This document shows positions 48,155 through 60,200 of a DNA stretch of 64,000 nucleotides, in pieces. This stretch comes from Candidatus Krumholzibacteriota bacterium. GTDB lineage: Bacteria > Krumholzibacteriota > Krumholzibacteriia > JAJRXK01. The stretch spans positions 800,001-864,000 of the forward strand of contig CAVXTH010000006.1 in the NCBI GenBank assembly GCA_963764625.1, given 5' to 3'. Within the stretch, counting starts at the first letter, position 1. Every line of letters starts with the position of its first letter. Both the position numbers and the translations under genes were made by a program. The notes beneath the pieces are model-generated. The model was not told the DNA's origin. It was given only the letters and a program-made list of their open reading frames with translations, and made no database searches.

Positions 48155-48211
48155 GAGTTCCTCCAGAGTGGGTTGTCGTTCAGGCCCGTAGCTCTCATTG
48201 CGCCCATCTCT

Positions 48212-49318
48212 CTAGTAGGCATGAGCTGGGTGGTAGCCGATGGTCGTGCTCATTTGCACCATGAGCCGGTGGTCAGTTGGTTTGAAGCCACTGCCGTCGT
48301 CGCCCTGGGTGACGCTGTACTCCAGACGCACGAAGGAGAACTCCGACGGACCCCAGGCGATGTTCGCCGAGGCGCGGCTCACCTTCCCGGCAATCGGATC
48401 GCCACTGGGATCGGCCAGGACGTCGGTGAAGCAATCGCGGGATCGCTCGCCGCGGACTCCCACCCACCATCGTTGTGACAAGCGGTACTTCAGCGATGCG
48501 TACCAGCCTCGCTGCTCCTTGAAGTAATCCCCGCCCGCGAAGGCACCCTTCTGGATGTACTCCCCTTGCAGGATCCAGCCGCGGCTGTTCGAGCGGCGCA
48601 ACGGAACGTTGCGAACCGTCAAATCCGCGCCGAACACCGCGTGCCGGTGACCGTCCGCTCCCCGCCCCTGCAGAAACGACTGCCCGAGTTCGAGCGTGGT
48701 CGATTCATCGAGATCGAACTGGTTTTTGAAATGTGCGAGGTAGGGGATGTTCCCGTGGCGCGTCGAGCCGAAGTCGAGCGGATTCTCCTCGGTGACATCC
48801 ATCGCCTTGAAGATGCCCGCGGTGAGCTCGGAGTACCACGGCAGGGGAGTGAGCCACGAGGCCTCCAGACCCGAGTCCTTGAAGCCCTCCTCGCCGATGG
48901 TGTTGCCCATGATCACCGGGGCCTGAATGAACGGGAAGGCATGGGTGTGAAGAAGCCCGTGCTTACCGAAGTCTCCCCTCAGCTTGCCCACCCTCAGCTC
49001 GATGCCGGGGATCCGATCGGTCCTGGCCACGATTTCTTCTGGATCCACCCCCTCGGGCGTGAAGCTGATGTTGGACCAGAAAGTCCAGTAGGGATCGACC
49101 ACCGAGATCGCGCTGATCTCGGCCGAGTCGAACTGGATGTTGTAGGGCGCGTCGATGTCGGGCGCGATCTGACCCGAGAACAGCGCGTTCATCCCGATCG
49201 AGGGATTCGAGAGATTGGAAAAGATCGAGCTTGTCGCCTGGGCCGATGCGCACAACGGCGACAAGGCCACGGAGAGTACGATACAGACACACGTGCAAAC
49301 GCGTATGAAGCGTCTCAT
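48212..49318 (-). CDS. Putative zinc-uptake outer-membrane beta-barrel protein
   Basis: Signal peptide, NPSIG, HGLLHTHAFPF, amphipathic beta strands and C-terminal IGYHPAHAY; AGGAGG RBS. Confidence 0.7.
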   Translation of the reverse strand: MRRFIRVCTCVCIVLSVALSPLCASAQATSSIFSNLSNPSIGMNALFSGQIAPDIDAPYNIQFDSAEISAISVVDPYWTFWSNISFTPEGVDPEEIVARTDRIPGIELRVGKLRGDFGKHGLLHTHAFPFIQAPVIMGNTIGEEGFKDSGLEASWLTPLPWYSELTAGIFKAMDVTEENPLDFGSTRHGNIPYLAHFKNQFDLDESTTLELGQSFLQGRGADGHRHAVFGADLTVRNVPLRRSNSRGWILQGEYIQKGAFAGGDYFKEQRGWYASLKYRLSQRWWVGVRGERSRDCFTDVLADPSGDPIAGKVSRASANIAWGPSEFSFVRLEYSVTQGDDGSGFKPTDHRLMVQMSTTIGYHPAHAY

Positions 49319-49374
49319 GCGCAATAAACCTCCTAAAAGAGTCGGAAACGAGCGTCGAAAAAGTCGCGCTTGGT

Positions 49375-49689
49375 TCAGACTCGTGGAGGCCCGCGCACAC
49401 TCGGAGTGCGCACGTCGAAAGTGGAAGCGGGAATCGCCACCGCGGTGGTCACCAGAGTGATGGTGATCGGCGGCGGGTCCAGCGCCTGAGGCGCCGAGGG
49501 AGGAGTGACGTGCGCGAAGGCCATGACGCAGATGGCGCAACTCTGGTTCTCGTGTACGTCGGAATGGTGGTGATACTGAAGAACGAAGGGGGTTCCCACC
49601 AGGCCCACCATCGCCAATCCGGCCAGCACGAGGGCCAGGCCGGTGTAGCGGCGGATCTGCGAGAGACGGAGCACTGGGTTCTTCTCCAT
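49375..49689 (-). CDS. DUF2946-like leader protein (His-rich, CxxC, C-terminal RGPP)
   Basis: Hydrophobic signal/TM segment, YHHHSDVH, CAIC, Pro-rich linker, terminal RGPPRV. Confidence 0.7.
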   Translation of the reverse strand: MEKNPVLRLSQIRRYTGLALVLAGLAMVGLVGTPFVLQYHHHSDVHENQSCAICVMAFAHVTPPSAPQALDPPPITITLVTTAVAIPASTFDVRTPSVRGPPRV

Positions 49690-49741
49690 CACGAATCTCA
49701 GGGGAGGTCCAACTCAAACGAGGGCGCATGCCCTCCGAGGC

Positions 49742-49770
49742 ACTCTAGCGCCAAGCAGAAGCCATGGCAA
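49742..49770 (-). promoter_or_regulatory. Sigma70-type promoter of the metal-uptake operon
   Basis: TTGCCA-N17-TAGAGT. Confidence 0.55.
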
Positions 49771-49781
49771 GGGTCGAAGAC

Positions 49782-52391
49782 TCAGGCCGGCGAGGAGCTG
49801 AGCTCGAGCTGACCGTTCTTCACATCCACCAGCACGCGCTCACCGTCGGTGATGGTTCCGGCGATCAGCTCTCGGCTCAGCCGCGTCTCCAACTCTCGCT
49901 GGAGATAGCGCTTGAGTGGGCGCGCACCGTACACGGAATCGAAACCCTCGCTTCCGATCAGTTTCAGGGCTTCGGGCGTCAGCTCCATCGTGATATTCCG
50001 TTCGGCCAGGCGCTTCTTGAGGTCCTCGATCAAAAGGCCCACGATCTGCTCGATCTCGTCACGGTGGAGAGGTTTGAAGAGAATGATCTCGTCGACACGA
50101 TTGAGAAATTCGGGGCGGAAGTGCGCGCGCAGTTGACCCAAGACCACTTCCTTCGCCGACATCGTGATCTCACCATCACTGTCGACCCCGCCGAGTAGCT
50201 CTTGGCTGCCCAGGTTCGAGGTCATGATGATCACGGTGTTCTTGAAGTCCACCGTGCGGCCCTTGCTGTCGGTGAGACGTCCGTCGTCCAGGATCTGCAG
50301 CAACACGTGAAACACGTCCGCATGGGCTTTCTCGATCTCGTCGAAGAGAACGACGGTATAGGGCTTGCGGCGCACCGCTTCGGTCAGCTGTCCGCCCTCT
50401 TCGTAGCCGACATAGCCCGGGGGGGCGCCGATGAGGCGCGCGACCGCGTGCTTTTCCATGTATTCGGACATGTCGATGCGCACCAGATTGTCCCGGCTGT
50501 CGAAGAGGGCCCCCGCCAGGGTCTTGGCCAACTCCGTTTTCCCCACCCCGGTGGGTCCCAAGAAGATGAAGCTCCCGATGGGGCGCCTGGGGTCCTTGAT
50601 GCCGCTGCGAGCGCGGAGCACCGCGTCGGCCACCTTCTGTACCGCCTCGTCCTGGCCGATAACCCTTTGGTGTAGAATCTCGTCCAGGCGCAGCAACTTC
50701 TCCCTCTCCCCTTCCATGAGACGCGTGACGGGAATCCCGGTCCAACGGGCCACGATCTCCGCGATCTCCTCTTCGGTGACCTCTTCGCGCAGAAGCGCGT
50801 CTCCTTCCTGGCGATCCTCCAGAGCGTGCTGTGCCTCTTCGAGCTGCGCCTGCAGTTGCGGGATCTGGCCGTGTTTGAGGGTGGCCGCCTTCTCCAGGTC
50901 GTAGCTGCGCTCCGCATCGCTCACCTGTCGCCGCGCCAGCTCGATTGCCTCGCGCAAGCTCCGCACTTTCTCGATGGCTTCCTTCTCGTTCTCCCACTGG
51001 GTCCGCATCTGGTCCCCCCGCTCGCGCAGAGTTGCCAGTTCCTGGCGGAGGTCCTTCAAACGCCTGCGGCTGGGTTCATCCTCCTCTTTCTTCAGAGCCG
51101 CTTCCTCGATTTCGAGCTGCATGATGCGCCGGGAGACCTCATCTAGTTCCTGGGGCATCGAGTCGATCTCGGTGCGAATCATGGCGCACGCCTCGTCGAC
51201 CAGATCGATGGCCTTGTCGGGAAGGAAGCGATCGCTGATGTAGCGATTGGAAAGAGTGGCCGCGGCCACCAGGGCATTGTCCTGAATGCGCACTCCATGG
51301 TGCACCTCGTAGCGTTCCTTGAGACCGCGCAGAATCGAGATGGTGTCTTCCACGCTCGGCGCGTCCACCACGATGGGCTGGAAGCGGCGTTCCAACGCGG
51401 CGTCCTTCTCGATGTGCTTGCGGTACTCGTCCAGGGTGGTGGCGCCGATGCAATGCAGCTCTCCGCGGGCCAGCATTGGCTTCAGCAGATTTCCCGCATC
51501 GGTGCTGCCTTCGGTCTGTCCGGCGCCGACGATGGTGTGCAATTCGTCGATGAAGAGCAGGATGCGGCCCTCGCTGCGTTTGATCTCGTTCAAGACCGCC
51601 TTCAACCTCTCCTCGAATTCACCGCGGTACTTGGCGCCGGCCAGAAGCGAACCCATGTCCAAAGAGAAGATGGTGCAGTTCTTCAGCCACGCGGGTAGAT
51701 CACCGCGCACGATGCGCTGGGCGAGACCCTCGACGATCGCCGTCTTTCCCACTCCCGGCTCTCCGATGAGAACCGGGTTATTCTTGGTCTTGCGTGAGAG
51801 GACCCTGACGACTCTGCGAATCTCGGCGTCGCGTCCGATCACCGGATCCATCTTGCCCGACCGAGCCAACGCCACCAGATCGGTTCCGTAGCGATCGAGA
51901 ACCTCGTAGGTCTCCTCGGGGTTCTGACTGCTCACGCGCTGCCCGCCGCGCACCTGTTGCAGGGCGCTGAGCAGACGCTCGCGGGTGACTCCGGCCTGCT
52001 TCAAGAGCCGGCCGACCGGATGGTCGTTCCCCAGCTCGATCATGGCCAACAGGAGATGCTCCACCGAGCTGAAGTCGTCTCCCAGCCGCTTGGCCTCCTC
52101 GGCCGCGTCGTCCAGCACCTGCTGCAGCCGCGGCGCCGCGAAGACCTCCCCGCTGCTTCCCGGTCCGGAGACCTTGGGCAAGGAGTCCAGCTCCTTTTGC
52201 AGGGAGTCTTCGAGCACCGCCATCGGAATGTCCATGCGCCTGAGCAGCCGCGGCAAAAGGCCCTCTTCCTGGTGCAGCAGGGCGCTCAGAAGGTGTTGCA
52301 CGTCCACGCTCTGGTTCCCGCGCTTGACGGCACGGCCCTGCGCCTGCGCCAGTGCCTCTTTCGACTTTTCCGTCAATCGATTCAAATCCAC
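49782..52391 (-). CDS. clpB: ATP-dependent chaperone ClpB
   Basis: GEPGVGKT and GPTGVGKT Walker A motifs, long M-domain coiled coil, [11 protein letters not shown]. Confidence 0.97.
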   Translation of the reverse strand: MDLNRLTEKSKEALAQAQGRAVKRGNQSVDVQHLLSALLHQEEGLLPRLLRRMDIPMAVLEDSLQKELDSLPKVSGPGSSGEVFAAPRLQQVLDDAAEEAKRLGDDFSSVEHLLLAMIELGNDHPVGRLLKQAGVTRERLLSALQQVRGGQRVSSQNPEETYEVLDRYGTDLVALARSGKMDPVIGRDAEIRRVVRVLSRKTKNNPVLIGEPGVGKTAIVEGLAQRIVRGDLPAWLKNCTIFSLDMGSLLAGAKYRGEFEERLKAVLNEIKRSEGRILLFIDELHTIVGAGQTEGSTDAGNLLKPMLARGELHCIGATTLDEYRKHIEKDAALERRFQPIVVDAPSVEDTISILRGLKERYEVHHGVRIQDNALVAAATLSNRYISDRFLPDKAIDLVDEACAMIRTEIDSMPQELDEVSRRIMQLEIEEAALKKEEDEPSRRRLKDLRQELATLRERGDQMRTQWENEKEAIEKVRSLREAIELARRQVSDAERSYDLEKAATLKHGQIPQLQAQLEEAQHALEDRQEGDALLREEVTEEEIAEIVARWTGIPVTRLMEGEREKLLRLDEILHQRVIGQDEAVQKVADAVLRARSGIKDPRRPIGSFIFLGPTGVGKTELAKTLAGALFDSRDNLVRIDMSEYMEKHAVARLIGAPPGYVGYEEGGQLTEAVRRKPYTVVLFDEIEKAHADVFHVLLQILDDGRLTDSKGRTVDFKNTVIIMTSNLGSQELLGGVDSDGEITMSAKEVVLGQLRAHFRPEFLNRVDEIILFKPLHRDEIEQIVGLLIEDLKKRLAERNITMELTPEALKLIGSEGFDSVYGARPLKRYLQRELETRLSRELIAGTITDGERVLVDVKNGQLELSSSPA

Positions 52392-52419
52392 GGAAGGATC
52401 TCCTCGAGTTCGCGTGCTC

Positions 52420-55400
52420 TCAGCGCAAGAGGACCATCTTGCGACTCTGGATCGAGAATCCCTCGACCTCCAGACGAGCGAAATATACTCCAGAAGAAAC
52501 TGCTCTGCCGGAGTCGTCGCGACCGTCCCAGCGAAACTCGTGTTGCCCGGGCGCGAGGCGCTGCCGCAGCAAGAGGCGGACTTTTCTTCCCGCCAGGTCG
52601 AAGATGGTCAGCCCGCACGCGCGCGCATCGCCCGTGGGCAGTGCGAAGGCAACGAGGGTGGAAGGGTTGAAGGGGTTGGGAACGTTGGGATCCAGTCGTG
52701 GCACGGCGGGGCCGTTCGCACTTGCCCCACCTTCGGCGCGCGCGAAGCTCGGCTGCTGCAAGTAGACTCCGTCCCGTCGGGCGTTCTGGTGGAAGGTGGG
52801 CCAGGGCGCGAGATTCGGATCGAAGGTCCCCCCCATGTCCCACACGTGGATGAGTCGATCCCACGAGGCGAGCACGATGTTCGCCTTTCCGTCTCCGTTG
52901 AAATCGCACAGGGTCGGGGTGGCTCGAATGAATCCGTCCAGGGGAATCGGGAAGCCGTCGAACACCGTTCCGTCGGCGTGAAACACGTAGAGAAGGCTGG
53001 GGAGATTGTCCAACCCTCCCCCGATGCCAAACACGATGTCGAGCCCTCCGTCTCCGTCCAGGTCGGCCACCACCGGGCTACCTTCGGACAGTCCGGGCAC
53101 CACTTGGGGCCAGCCCGGCATTTCATTTCCCTGGTGATCGAAGATGTGCACCCGCGCCTCCGCGCGCGACTCGATCGAAACCGCGACGATCTCGAGCTGG
53201 CCGTCGCCGCCGAAGTCGGCCAGTGCCGGCGAGGGAGCCTGGGAGTCGAACTCGACGGACCGCCCGTGCAGATACATCGGGAAGTTCCCGAAGCGGCTCC
53301 CGTCGCTTTCCCACACGTACAGGCTGTCGTTCTCGCAGGGAGCCACGATCTCCATCTTCCCGTCCCCGTCGAGATCGCCCACTGCGCAACTGGCGAGGAA
53401 CGACGCTCCCGGTCCCAGGTTCTTGGGCCAGCCCGTCGCGTTCCCGCTACCGTCACCTTTCAGTGCGTAAAAGAACTCGGGCGCTCCGTTCAGGAAATTG
53501 GAACCAAAGAGGATCTCGGGTTTCCCGTCGCCGTCGACGTCGTAAAGGGCCGGCGTGGTGCGACCATAGCTCTCGCCGCTTCGCCGCGGCGCGATGGGCC
53601 CGATCGTCGCGGGATTCGAGTCGCCGTCGGCGACCTCGCTTCCATCCAGGTGGAACGCGTGCGTGTATCCAGTAATGTCGTTGGTGACGATCTCCAGGTT
53701 TCCGTCCATGTCCAAATCGCCCAGAACCGGAGTGGTCCAGGTGGACGCGGCGAGGGTCTTGGGCCAGCCGCTCACGAGCTGACCGTCGGCCTCGTACACG
53801 TAGAGTTCGTGGGTGGTCCAGTTGGCACCGACGATCTGCCGGTCTTGCCCGCTCTGATCCAGGTTTCCCAGGGACATTCCCGAGGGTTGATATCCTCCGC
53901 CCACTCCGGAAAGAGGTCCGAAGGTCTGCGCGTTGTCGTCTCCGTCCACCTTCTCCCGGCACAGACCGTCGATCAGGTAGATGAAGCCCGAGCCCACCGC
54001 CATCTCGAGCACCCCATCGCCGTCCACGTCTCCCACCGCGAGAGCACCGCTGGTCTCCTGGTCCATGGGCAGGGGAAAGCAGCTCACTTCCGGAGGCGGG
54101 GTCACCGCCTCGACCACGGTCGAGGGAGGACCAGCCAGTCCGGCGCGGTCGATGGCCCTCACCCGGTACTCCAAAGTGGTGCGATCGGGCAGGTTCTCGT
54201 CGAGGAAGATCGAACCCGAGAGCAGGACATCGGCGTTGGCCACGACCCAAGTGCTCTGCCCCTTCTCACGCCGTTCCACCTGGTATCCCAAAAGGTCCGC
54301 GTCGAGGGAAGGGTCCCAGCGCAAGAGCACCGATCCGGCCTGCGCGAGACCGGGCGCCAGTCCTTCCACCATCGCGGGGCGACGGAGATCGAACTCGTAG
54401 GACCAACTCGCGCCCGCGCCGTCGCTGAGAAGCAGACGATAGAGATGGGGGCTCGCGGTCTCGCTCTCCGTGATTTCGAAGAGGTCTTGCGCGTTGTCCT
54501 GGGTGCTCAAGGGACCGTCGAGAACTCCCCAATGCGCGGTGGAGTCCGTTACCACCGCGGCGGGATCGAGCGCGCGCAGCACTCCGTTCACCGAGTCGAT
54601 GCGAGCGGTGCCGAAGTTCTTCAGGAGGAATTGCAGGCCGACTGTCTCTCCCGCGTCCACGACTTGATCCCCGTTGCCCGCGGAGTCGTCCAGCTGGAGC
54701 GAGACGATCTCGAGCTGTCCACCCGAAAGGGTCAAGTTCAGGGAATCATCCCAGTGCCCGCCGCCACTCTCATCGATGCTAAGGGCGAAGGAGACCCGGC
54801 TGGCGTCGGAAATCTCCGGGGCCAGCTGGACCAGGAAGCTTCCCTGCGCCGCGGCGGTGGCGCCGGCGGCCAGCGGCGCGAAGTTCGTCTGGGCCTGCAC
54901 CACGCTCACCCTCGGATCCGAAGAGCTCAAGGCGAGGGTCCCTGCCGCCGAGGCGGTCTGCCCTCCATTGACCACACTCGGCAAGAACGCCACCAACTCG
55001 CCGGCCTCGGGAATCCCGTTCCCGTTTCCCGCGCTGTCGTCGAGCGTGTACCCCGCGAGCGCGAGGCTGGTCTGCGGGCTCGGCACCACCTGGATCGTTG
55101 AGCCAAAGGGCATGACGTCGCGCCCGCTCACCCAGAGTTCCCAGGCTCCTGCCTCGCCAAAGGAAACCGGAAGGCTCACGTGGCCGGAGGCGTCGGTCCA
55201 TCCCGCGACGAGATCCTCGCCCGACTTTCGCAACACCACCGCGACCGAATCCACTCCCGCCCCCTCAGTGTCGCTCACCGTGACCTGGACCGGCCCGCTT
55301 CCCACCTCGACCGTGCTCGGCGCGCTCACCTGAATCGCCGTGGGGGCGGAGGTCCACATGCGCATGGCCGGATCTCCCAAGAGGGTGTAGACGAGCTGGG

Positions 55401-57183
55401 TCCAGCGATCGACCGTGTTGTAGAAGGTGTCGACGGCGAAGCCCAGACGGCTCTCCAGAATCGCGTCGCCCAGTCGCTGGCGGTGGGCCGAGAACAGCGC
55501 TTTGTACAGCGCCTGCTGGTAGGCGCTGGTGGTATTGTCGAACGCGGCCCGCGAGGATCCGATCGACGCCACGGAACCGCCGTTGGGATTGCGCAGAAAG
55601 CGCTCGAGCAGGCAGTTGAAATCGAAGGCGGCCGAGTCGCAATTGAGCGCCACCAGCACGAAAGTGGAGGAGCCATTGCTCAGGGCGTCGGCATCACTCA
55701 CAAGAATGTTCGCGTCGCCGACACTCATGTTGTAGTAGAAGCCGTGGCCGATGTGATGGAAGAGGCCGTAGGCCCCGGAGTTCATATCGGAGATCACCGC
55801 GGCGCGAGTCTCCTCCACCGCTCCGGGATAGCTCAGGTAGTTCTGGTAGCGGCGGGTGATCGTGAATGCCCCCGGCTGGGCGAGCTCGATGGTGGAGATC
55901 AGGCCCTCACTGAAGACCGCGCCGTCGCGAATGATGGGATCGCCCGGTTGCCACCCCTGGGGAAAGAGCACCTCGCTGCCGAAGAGAGCCCGCGCGAAGC
56001 GGTCCCCTCCTGCCCCGCTCTCGTACGCCAGGACTTTGTCCACGAAGACAGTGGCCTCTTCCACCGTGTTCACCGGCGCCCGTCCGATGGCGATCTCGGG
56101 CACGAAGTCACAGTAGTCTCCTGGATCCACTCCGTTGACGAAGGGCTCGCCAAAAGTAGCGTCCCCGTCCGCGTTCCAGTTTCCGTCGAGACCCGCGTAG
56201 TAGAGGTCGGCCGGAATCTCGGTTTGCCCTCCCTGTGGGTAGTAGGTCGAAGTGACGAAGCGGGTGGGAATGATCTCGGTGTCTCCTCCGAGCAAGACGT
56301 AGTCGACGCCCCACTTGGCATACGCATCCTGCAGGTACAATCGAATCGTTTCCGCCAAATCGAGTCCCTGCCGCTGCGAGGCCAGAATCTCCTCGACGGT
56401 CACCACGATCGAAGGGAGACCTTGCCGTTCCCGCAGCTCCGCCAGCCGCGAGAATTGCGGTGCCAGAGCATCGGTGGTGATCACCAGGTAGCGATAGGGC
56501 CCGGTCAACAAGCTCGGAGTGACGAGTTTCAGCGAGCCCTCGGGGGCAAGCGCGGCGGTGACCGCCGCCGCAGTGGCGGGCCCATCGAAACGATCCAGAT
56601 CGAGGGGATTGGCGATGCTCGATTGGATCGCGGCCTTGTCCCGCGCCTCGATGGACGCGCTTTGCCGGAGTCGTCGTACCACGCCTGAGGGAACGCTGGC
56701 CCTCTGCAGCTCGAGAAGGACGCGCCCCCCTTCGCGCAAGTAGAGATCACCGCTCTGCGGATCAAGCCGCAACGGGTGCACACGCAGATAGATCAGATGG
56801 CGGCCGTGCCGCCATGCGTCACCGAGATACTCGACCGGCTCGTTGGCCCCGGGCCCAATCGCCTGCCGCGCGGGTAGCTTGGGAGGGAGAGTCAGGTCCG
56901 CTGCGCGCGCGGCCAGCACTTCCTTTCCGCCCTCCAGCCTTAGCGCCTGAACCCGACTCGTGGCGGGAATCATCAGACAGTAGCTGAGAGTGGGAAGCGC
57001 GGACCCATCCGCTCGCCCGGGCCAAGGAGCTTGGGTCAGGAAGAACTCGTCTTGGTCGGGACCCGGCGCGCGCCTGAGATCGGAGAGAGTGGTGGTGAGT
57101 GGCAGACTCACGGTATCCTGCGCCGCCGCTGAGGAGACACCGAGCACCGTGATGATGAGCGTGCAAAGGACCGAGAATCGCAT
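52420..57183 (-). CDS. Secreted C25 (gingipain-like) cysteine peptidase with FN3, FG-GAP repeats and FlgD/T9SS-like C-terminal domain
   Basis: YVLLGGD, ADLYY, IGRAP, HIGHG and LNC (His/Cys dyad), YTLLGDP; repeated GDLDGDG; PNPFNPST...WDGRDD...SGVYF. Confidence 0.88.
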   Translation of the reverse strand: MRFSVLCTLIITVLGVSSAAAQDTVSLPLTTTLSDLRRAPGPDQDEFFLTQAPWPGRADGSALPTLSYCLMIPATSRVQALRLEGGKEVLAARAADLTLPPKLPARQAIGPGANEPVEYLGDAWRHGRHLIYLRVHPLRLDPQSGDLYLREGGRVLLELQRASVPSGVVRRLRQSASIEARDKAAIQSSIANPLDLDRFDGPATAAAVTAALAPEGSLKLVTPSLLTGPYRYLVITTDALAPQFSRLAELRERQGLPSIVVTVEEILASQRQGLDLAETIRLYLQDAYAKWGVDYVLLGGDTEIIPTRFVTSTYYPQGGQTEIPADLYYAGLDGNWNADGDATFGEPFVNGVDPGDYCDFVPEIAIGRAPVNTVEEATVFVDKVLAYESGAGGDRFARALFGSEVLFPQGWQPGDPIIRDGAVFSEGLISTIELAQPGAFTITRRYQNYLSYPGAVEETRAAVISDMNSGAYGLFHHIGHGFYYNMSVGDANILVSDADALSNGSSTFVLVALNCDSAAFDFNCLLERFLRNPNGGSVASIGSSRAAFDNTTSAYQQALYKALFSAHRQRLGDAILESRLGFAVDTFYNTVDRWTQLVYTLLGDPAMRMWTSAPTAIQVSAPSTVEVGSGPVQVTVSDTEGAGVDSVAVVLRKSGEDLVAGWTDASGHVSLPVSFGEAGAWELWVSGRDVMPFGSTIQVVPSPQTSLALAGYTLDDSAGNGNGIPEAGELVAFLPSVVNGGQTASAAGTLALSSSDPRVSVVQAQTNFAPLAAGATAAAQGSFLVQLAPEISDASRVSFALSIDESGGGHWDDSLNLTLSGGQLEIVSLQLDDSAGNGDQVVDAGETVGLQFLLKNFGTARIDSVNGVLRALDPAAVVTDSTAHWGVLDGPLSTQDNAQDLFEITESETASPHLYRLLLSDGAGASWSYEFDLRRPAMVEGLAPGLAQAGSVLLRWDPSLDADLLGYQVERREKGQSTWVVANADVLLSGSIFLDENLPDRTTLEYRVRAIDRAGLAGPPSTVVEAVTPPPEVSCFPLPMDQETSGALAVGDVDGDGVLEMAVGSGFIYLIDGLCREKVDGDDNAQTFGPLSGVGGGYQPSGMSLGNLDQSGQDRQIVGANWTTHELYVYEADGQLVSGWPKTLAASTWTTPVLGDLDMDGNLEIVTNDITGYTHAFHLDGSEVADGDSNPATIGPIAPRRSGESYGRTTPALYDVDGDGKPEILFGSNFLNGAPEFFYALKGDGSGNATGWPKNLGPGASFLASCAVGDLDGDGKMEIVAPCENDSLYVWESDGSRFGNFPMYLHGRSVEFDSQAPSPALADFGGDGQLEIVAVSIESRAEARVHIFDHQGNEMPGWPQVVPGLSEGSPVVADLDGDGGLDIVFGIGGGLDNLPSLLYVFHADGTVFDGFPIPLDGFIRATPTLCDFNGDGKANIVLASWDRLIHVWDMGGTFDPNLAPWPTFHQNARRDGVYLQQPSFARAEGGASANGPAVPRLDPNVPNPFNPSTLVAFALPTGDARACGLTIFDLAGRKVRLLLRQRLAPGQHEFRWDGRDDSGRAVSSGVYFARLEVEGFSIQSRKMVLLR

Positions 57184-57206
57184 GCCAGACCTTACGCGTG
57201 GGCGAG

Positions 57207-57235
57207 GCCCATCCCGTTAGGCTCGGGACGGGCCC
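57207..57235. other. Intercistronic hairpin between the two C25 genes
   Basis: Minus strand GGCCCGTCCCG-AGCCTAA-CGGGATGGGCC; no U-tail. Confidence 0.4.
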
Positions 57236-57265
57236 CTGCATCCCCCCACAATTCGCCCAACCTGG

Positions 57266-60200
57266 CTATTTTGCCAAGGTCATTTTCAAACTGCGAACCT
57301 CCGTGCCAACTTCCAGGCGCGTGAAATAGACTCCGGAGGCCACGCTTCTTCCGCTCGCGTCGCGGCCGTTCCAGCGAATCTCGTGGTGGCCGGCCGGCAG
57401 CGGCTGCGCCAACAAAGTGCGAACCCTTCGGCCGGCGAGGTCGTAGATCGTCACCCGTGCCATCGCCTCGTTCAATTCCGAAGGCACGTCGAAGTTGATG
57501 ACGGTGGAGGGGTTGAACGGATTCGGTACGTTCTGACGGAGGACGAGACGCGAAGCAGGCGTGCTGCCCTGGGTCTCCACTGCGGTCGCGGTGGGATCCT
57601 GGTACACCCCGGTCCGCTTGTAGTTGCCCTGGAAGGTGGGCCAGGGCAAGAGAGTCGGATCGTAGGCGCCTGGTAGATCCCAGGCGTGCAGCAGATTGTC
57701 GTACCCCGCGAGCAACAGATCGACGTCGCCATCTCCGTCGAAGTCGGTGAGCAACGGCGTACCCCAGGGACTCCCCGACAGCGAGATGGGGAATCCGGCC
57801 ATGGTGCTGCCATCGGCCTTGAACGCGTACAGATTGTCGGGAATGTCCTCTCCGCCGGAGGCAAAGATGATGTCCGGTACTCCGTCTCCGTCGATGTCTC
57901 CCAGGATGGGAGAGGAACGCGAGAACGCGGCAATGCTCTGCGGCCAACCGTTCTTCACCACGCCGTCGTGCTCGAACACGTAGATGGAGACATTCGTGCG
58001 CGAGAGAACGCTCACTCCCACCATCTCCAGCTCGGGGTCGCCGTCGAGGTTGCCCACCGCGAATGACGGCGTCTTGCCGTCCAGATCGTCGCTGTTGCTG
58101 CTGAAGTGCATCGGGAAGTTCATGTAGTTGCTGCCATCGGGCTCCCAGATGTACAGCGAATCGTTCTCGCACGGGAAGATGAGTTCCACCGTGCCGTCAC
58201 GATCGAGGTCGGCGATGGTGATGCTGGTGGCATTGTAGCCGTTGGGCCCCAGGTTTTTGGGCCAGCCCGGAGCTTCGGTCCCATCGTACTTGTACGCGTG
58301 GACCATGTTGTCGGTGCCGTCGCGCCAGTTGGTCCCGAAGATCATCTCCCGCCCCCCGTCCTGATCCAGGTCGTAGAGGCTGATGGTCGAGCGGTTGTAG
58401 ATCTCTCCGGTGCGAACCGCGAACACCCCGTTGGTGCCGGCGTTGGAATCTCCATTGAGAACTTCGCTCCCATCAACGTGCCACGCGTAGGTCTTGCCCC
58501 CGACCGTGTTGGTCACGATCTCCGGCTGCAGATCACCATCCAGATCGCCCACCGAGAACGAAGCCCAGTTCTGCGAGCCGGTGTTCTGGGGCCAACCGGG
58601 CAGTGGGTTTCCATTGGTGTCCAGGACGTAGGCGTTTTTTCCCAACCAGTCGCCGGCCAGGATTTCCAAGCCGGGATTGCCGTCGAGATTGGCCAGGGTG
58701 ATCCCGGCGAAGGTGAAGTCGCTTCCCAGGTTGTTGATCGGGCCCAGAGTCTGCGCGTTGCCGTCGCCGTCCAACAGTTCGTTGGCGTGGGCGTCGAGGG
58801 CATAGACCAGATTTCCGCCCAGTACCGCGAACTGAACTCCGTCCGCGCGCAGATCGCCCACCGCGAGTCCGCCCTCTACTGTCGAATTCGTGGGCAGCGG
58901 ATAGGCGTTGCCGATTTCCGGGGGAGCCGTACTGGCCGAAACCTCGGAAGTCCGCGGACCTTCCACCCCGGACGAGTCGACGGTCGCCACTTCGTAGTAG
59001 TAGCGCGTCAGAGTGGCCAAATCGTCGTCCCGGAAGAATCCCGAGCGCAAGAGGACGTCCTGCGTGATCTCCGCGTAGGGCCCGCCTTGCGTATTCGATC
59101 GGTACACTCGGTAGCCCATCAAGTGGTTCGCGGTGGAGGGTTCCCAGTGCAGCGCGATGGTGGTGGGTCCCAGATTCGTGAACGGAACCACCCCGGTGGG
59201 AGGAGCCGGCTCGCGCAATTCAATCGAGTGCGTCCAGGAGTGACCCTTGGAATCCATGAGGGCCAGGATCATGCGGTTTTCTGTGCTTGTGTCGCTCTCG
59301 GCGACCTGGAAATTGGTATTTCCGTAGGCGCTCACCTTCACGCCGAGATCGGGCCAGGTATCGTTGCCCTGCGAAATGGTGAGGTTGGGCGAGCTGCTGG
59401 ACAGAACTCCGGTGATCCCCGAGAGTTCCCCGGCGCCGTAGTTTTTGATCTCCACGTGAAGCTCGACCACTTCCCCCGGCTGGGGGATGCCGTCGTTGTT
59501 GCCGGTGACCGAATCGTCACTGAAGACGCGCACCACCTGCGGTTCGGGAGCGATCACCTTTAGATAGACCCGCTGGGTCCAGGTGTTCGGGCCCGAAGTG
59601 CTCACCAGATCGAAGCTGAGGGTGGTTCCGTCCGTAATCGAGGGACTCAGGTCGATGCTCACCGGATCGCTCGGATCGGCGGTGGCGCTCCCGGCGAGGT
59701 CCCCCACCGTGATCGTCGAGTCGGTCACCGTCGCGCCCGTGGCGTCGACCGGACGCAGCACCGCGTCTACCCCACCGGCGAAACTGCCGTTGCCGTTGTT
59801 CTCGAAGTGGAAGTACCAGTCGATGCTTTCACCCGAGTCCGCGAGACCGTTCCCGCCCCCACCATCGTCGATGCTCAAAGGCGACCCCACGATGTTGGCC
59901 GCGGCCGCGCCCGCCACCGTGATGGTCTGGAACTGCGGCTGCAAGCTCGCTCCATCCACCACCACGTCGATCGTGCCCTGGGTCAGCGGCTGGAAATCGA
60001 TCGTGACCTGTCCCGTGAGAGTGTCGGTCAGGCCCGTCGCCCAGACCTCTCCCGGTTTGTGCAGGGTGACCCGGGCTGCCGGCACCGGAAGCCCCGTGTC
60101 GCTCACTCCCACCGTGATCTGGCTCGTCCCCAGAGGAACCGAGCTGGGTTTGGTGACGAGCGGGGTCACTGGCGGTTTCCGCCACATGCGAAGGGCGGGA

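Noticed and set aside
51985-55101. 1038-aa plus-strand ORF, and similar long ORFs at 10530-12488, 55180-56688, 58106-59563 and 268-1269
   Set aside because: Antisense shadows of well-supported minus-strand genes; typical of high-GC codon usage and lacking recognisable motifs
52800-58900. Recurrent GCCGTCGCCGTC/GTCGCC-like motifs resembling a repeat array or CRISPR
   Set aside because: They encode FG-GAP DxDGDG protein repeats; spacing is irregular and no cas genes are present
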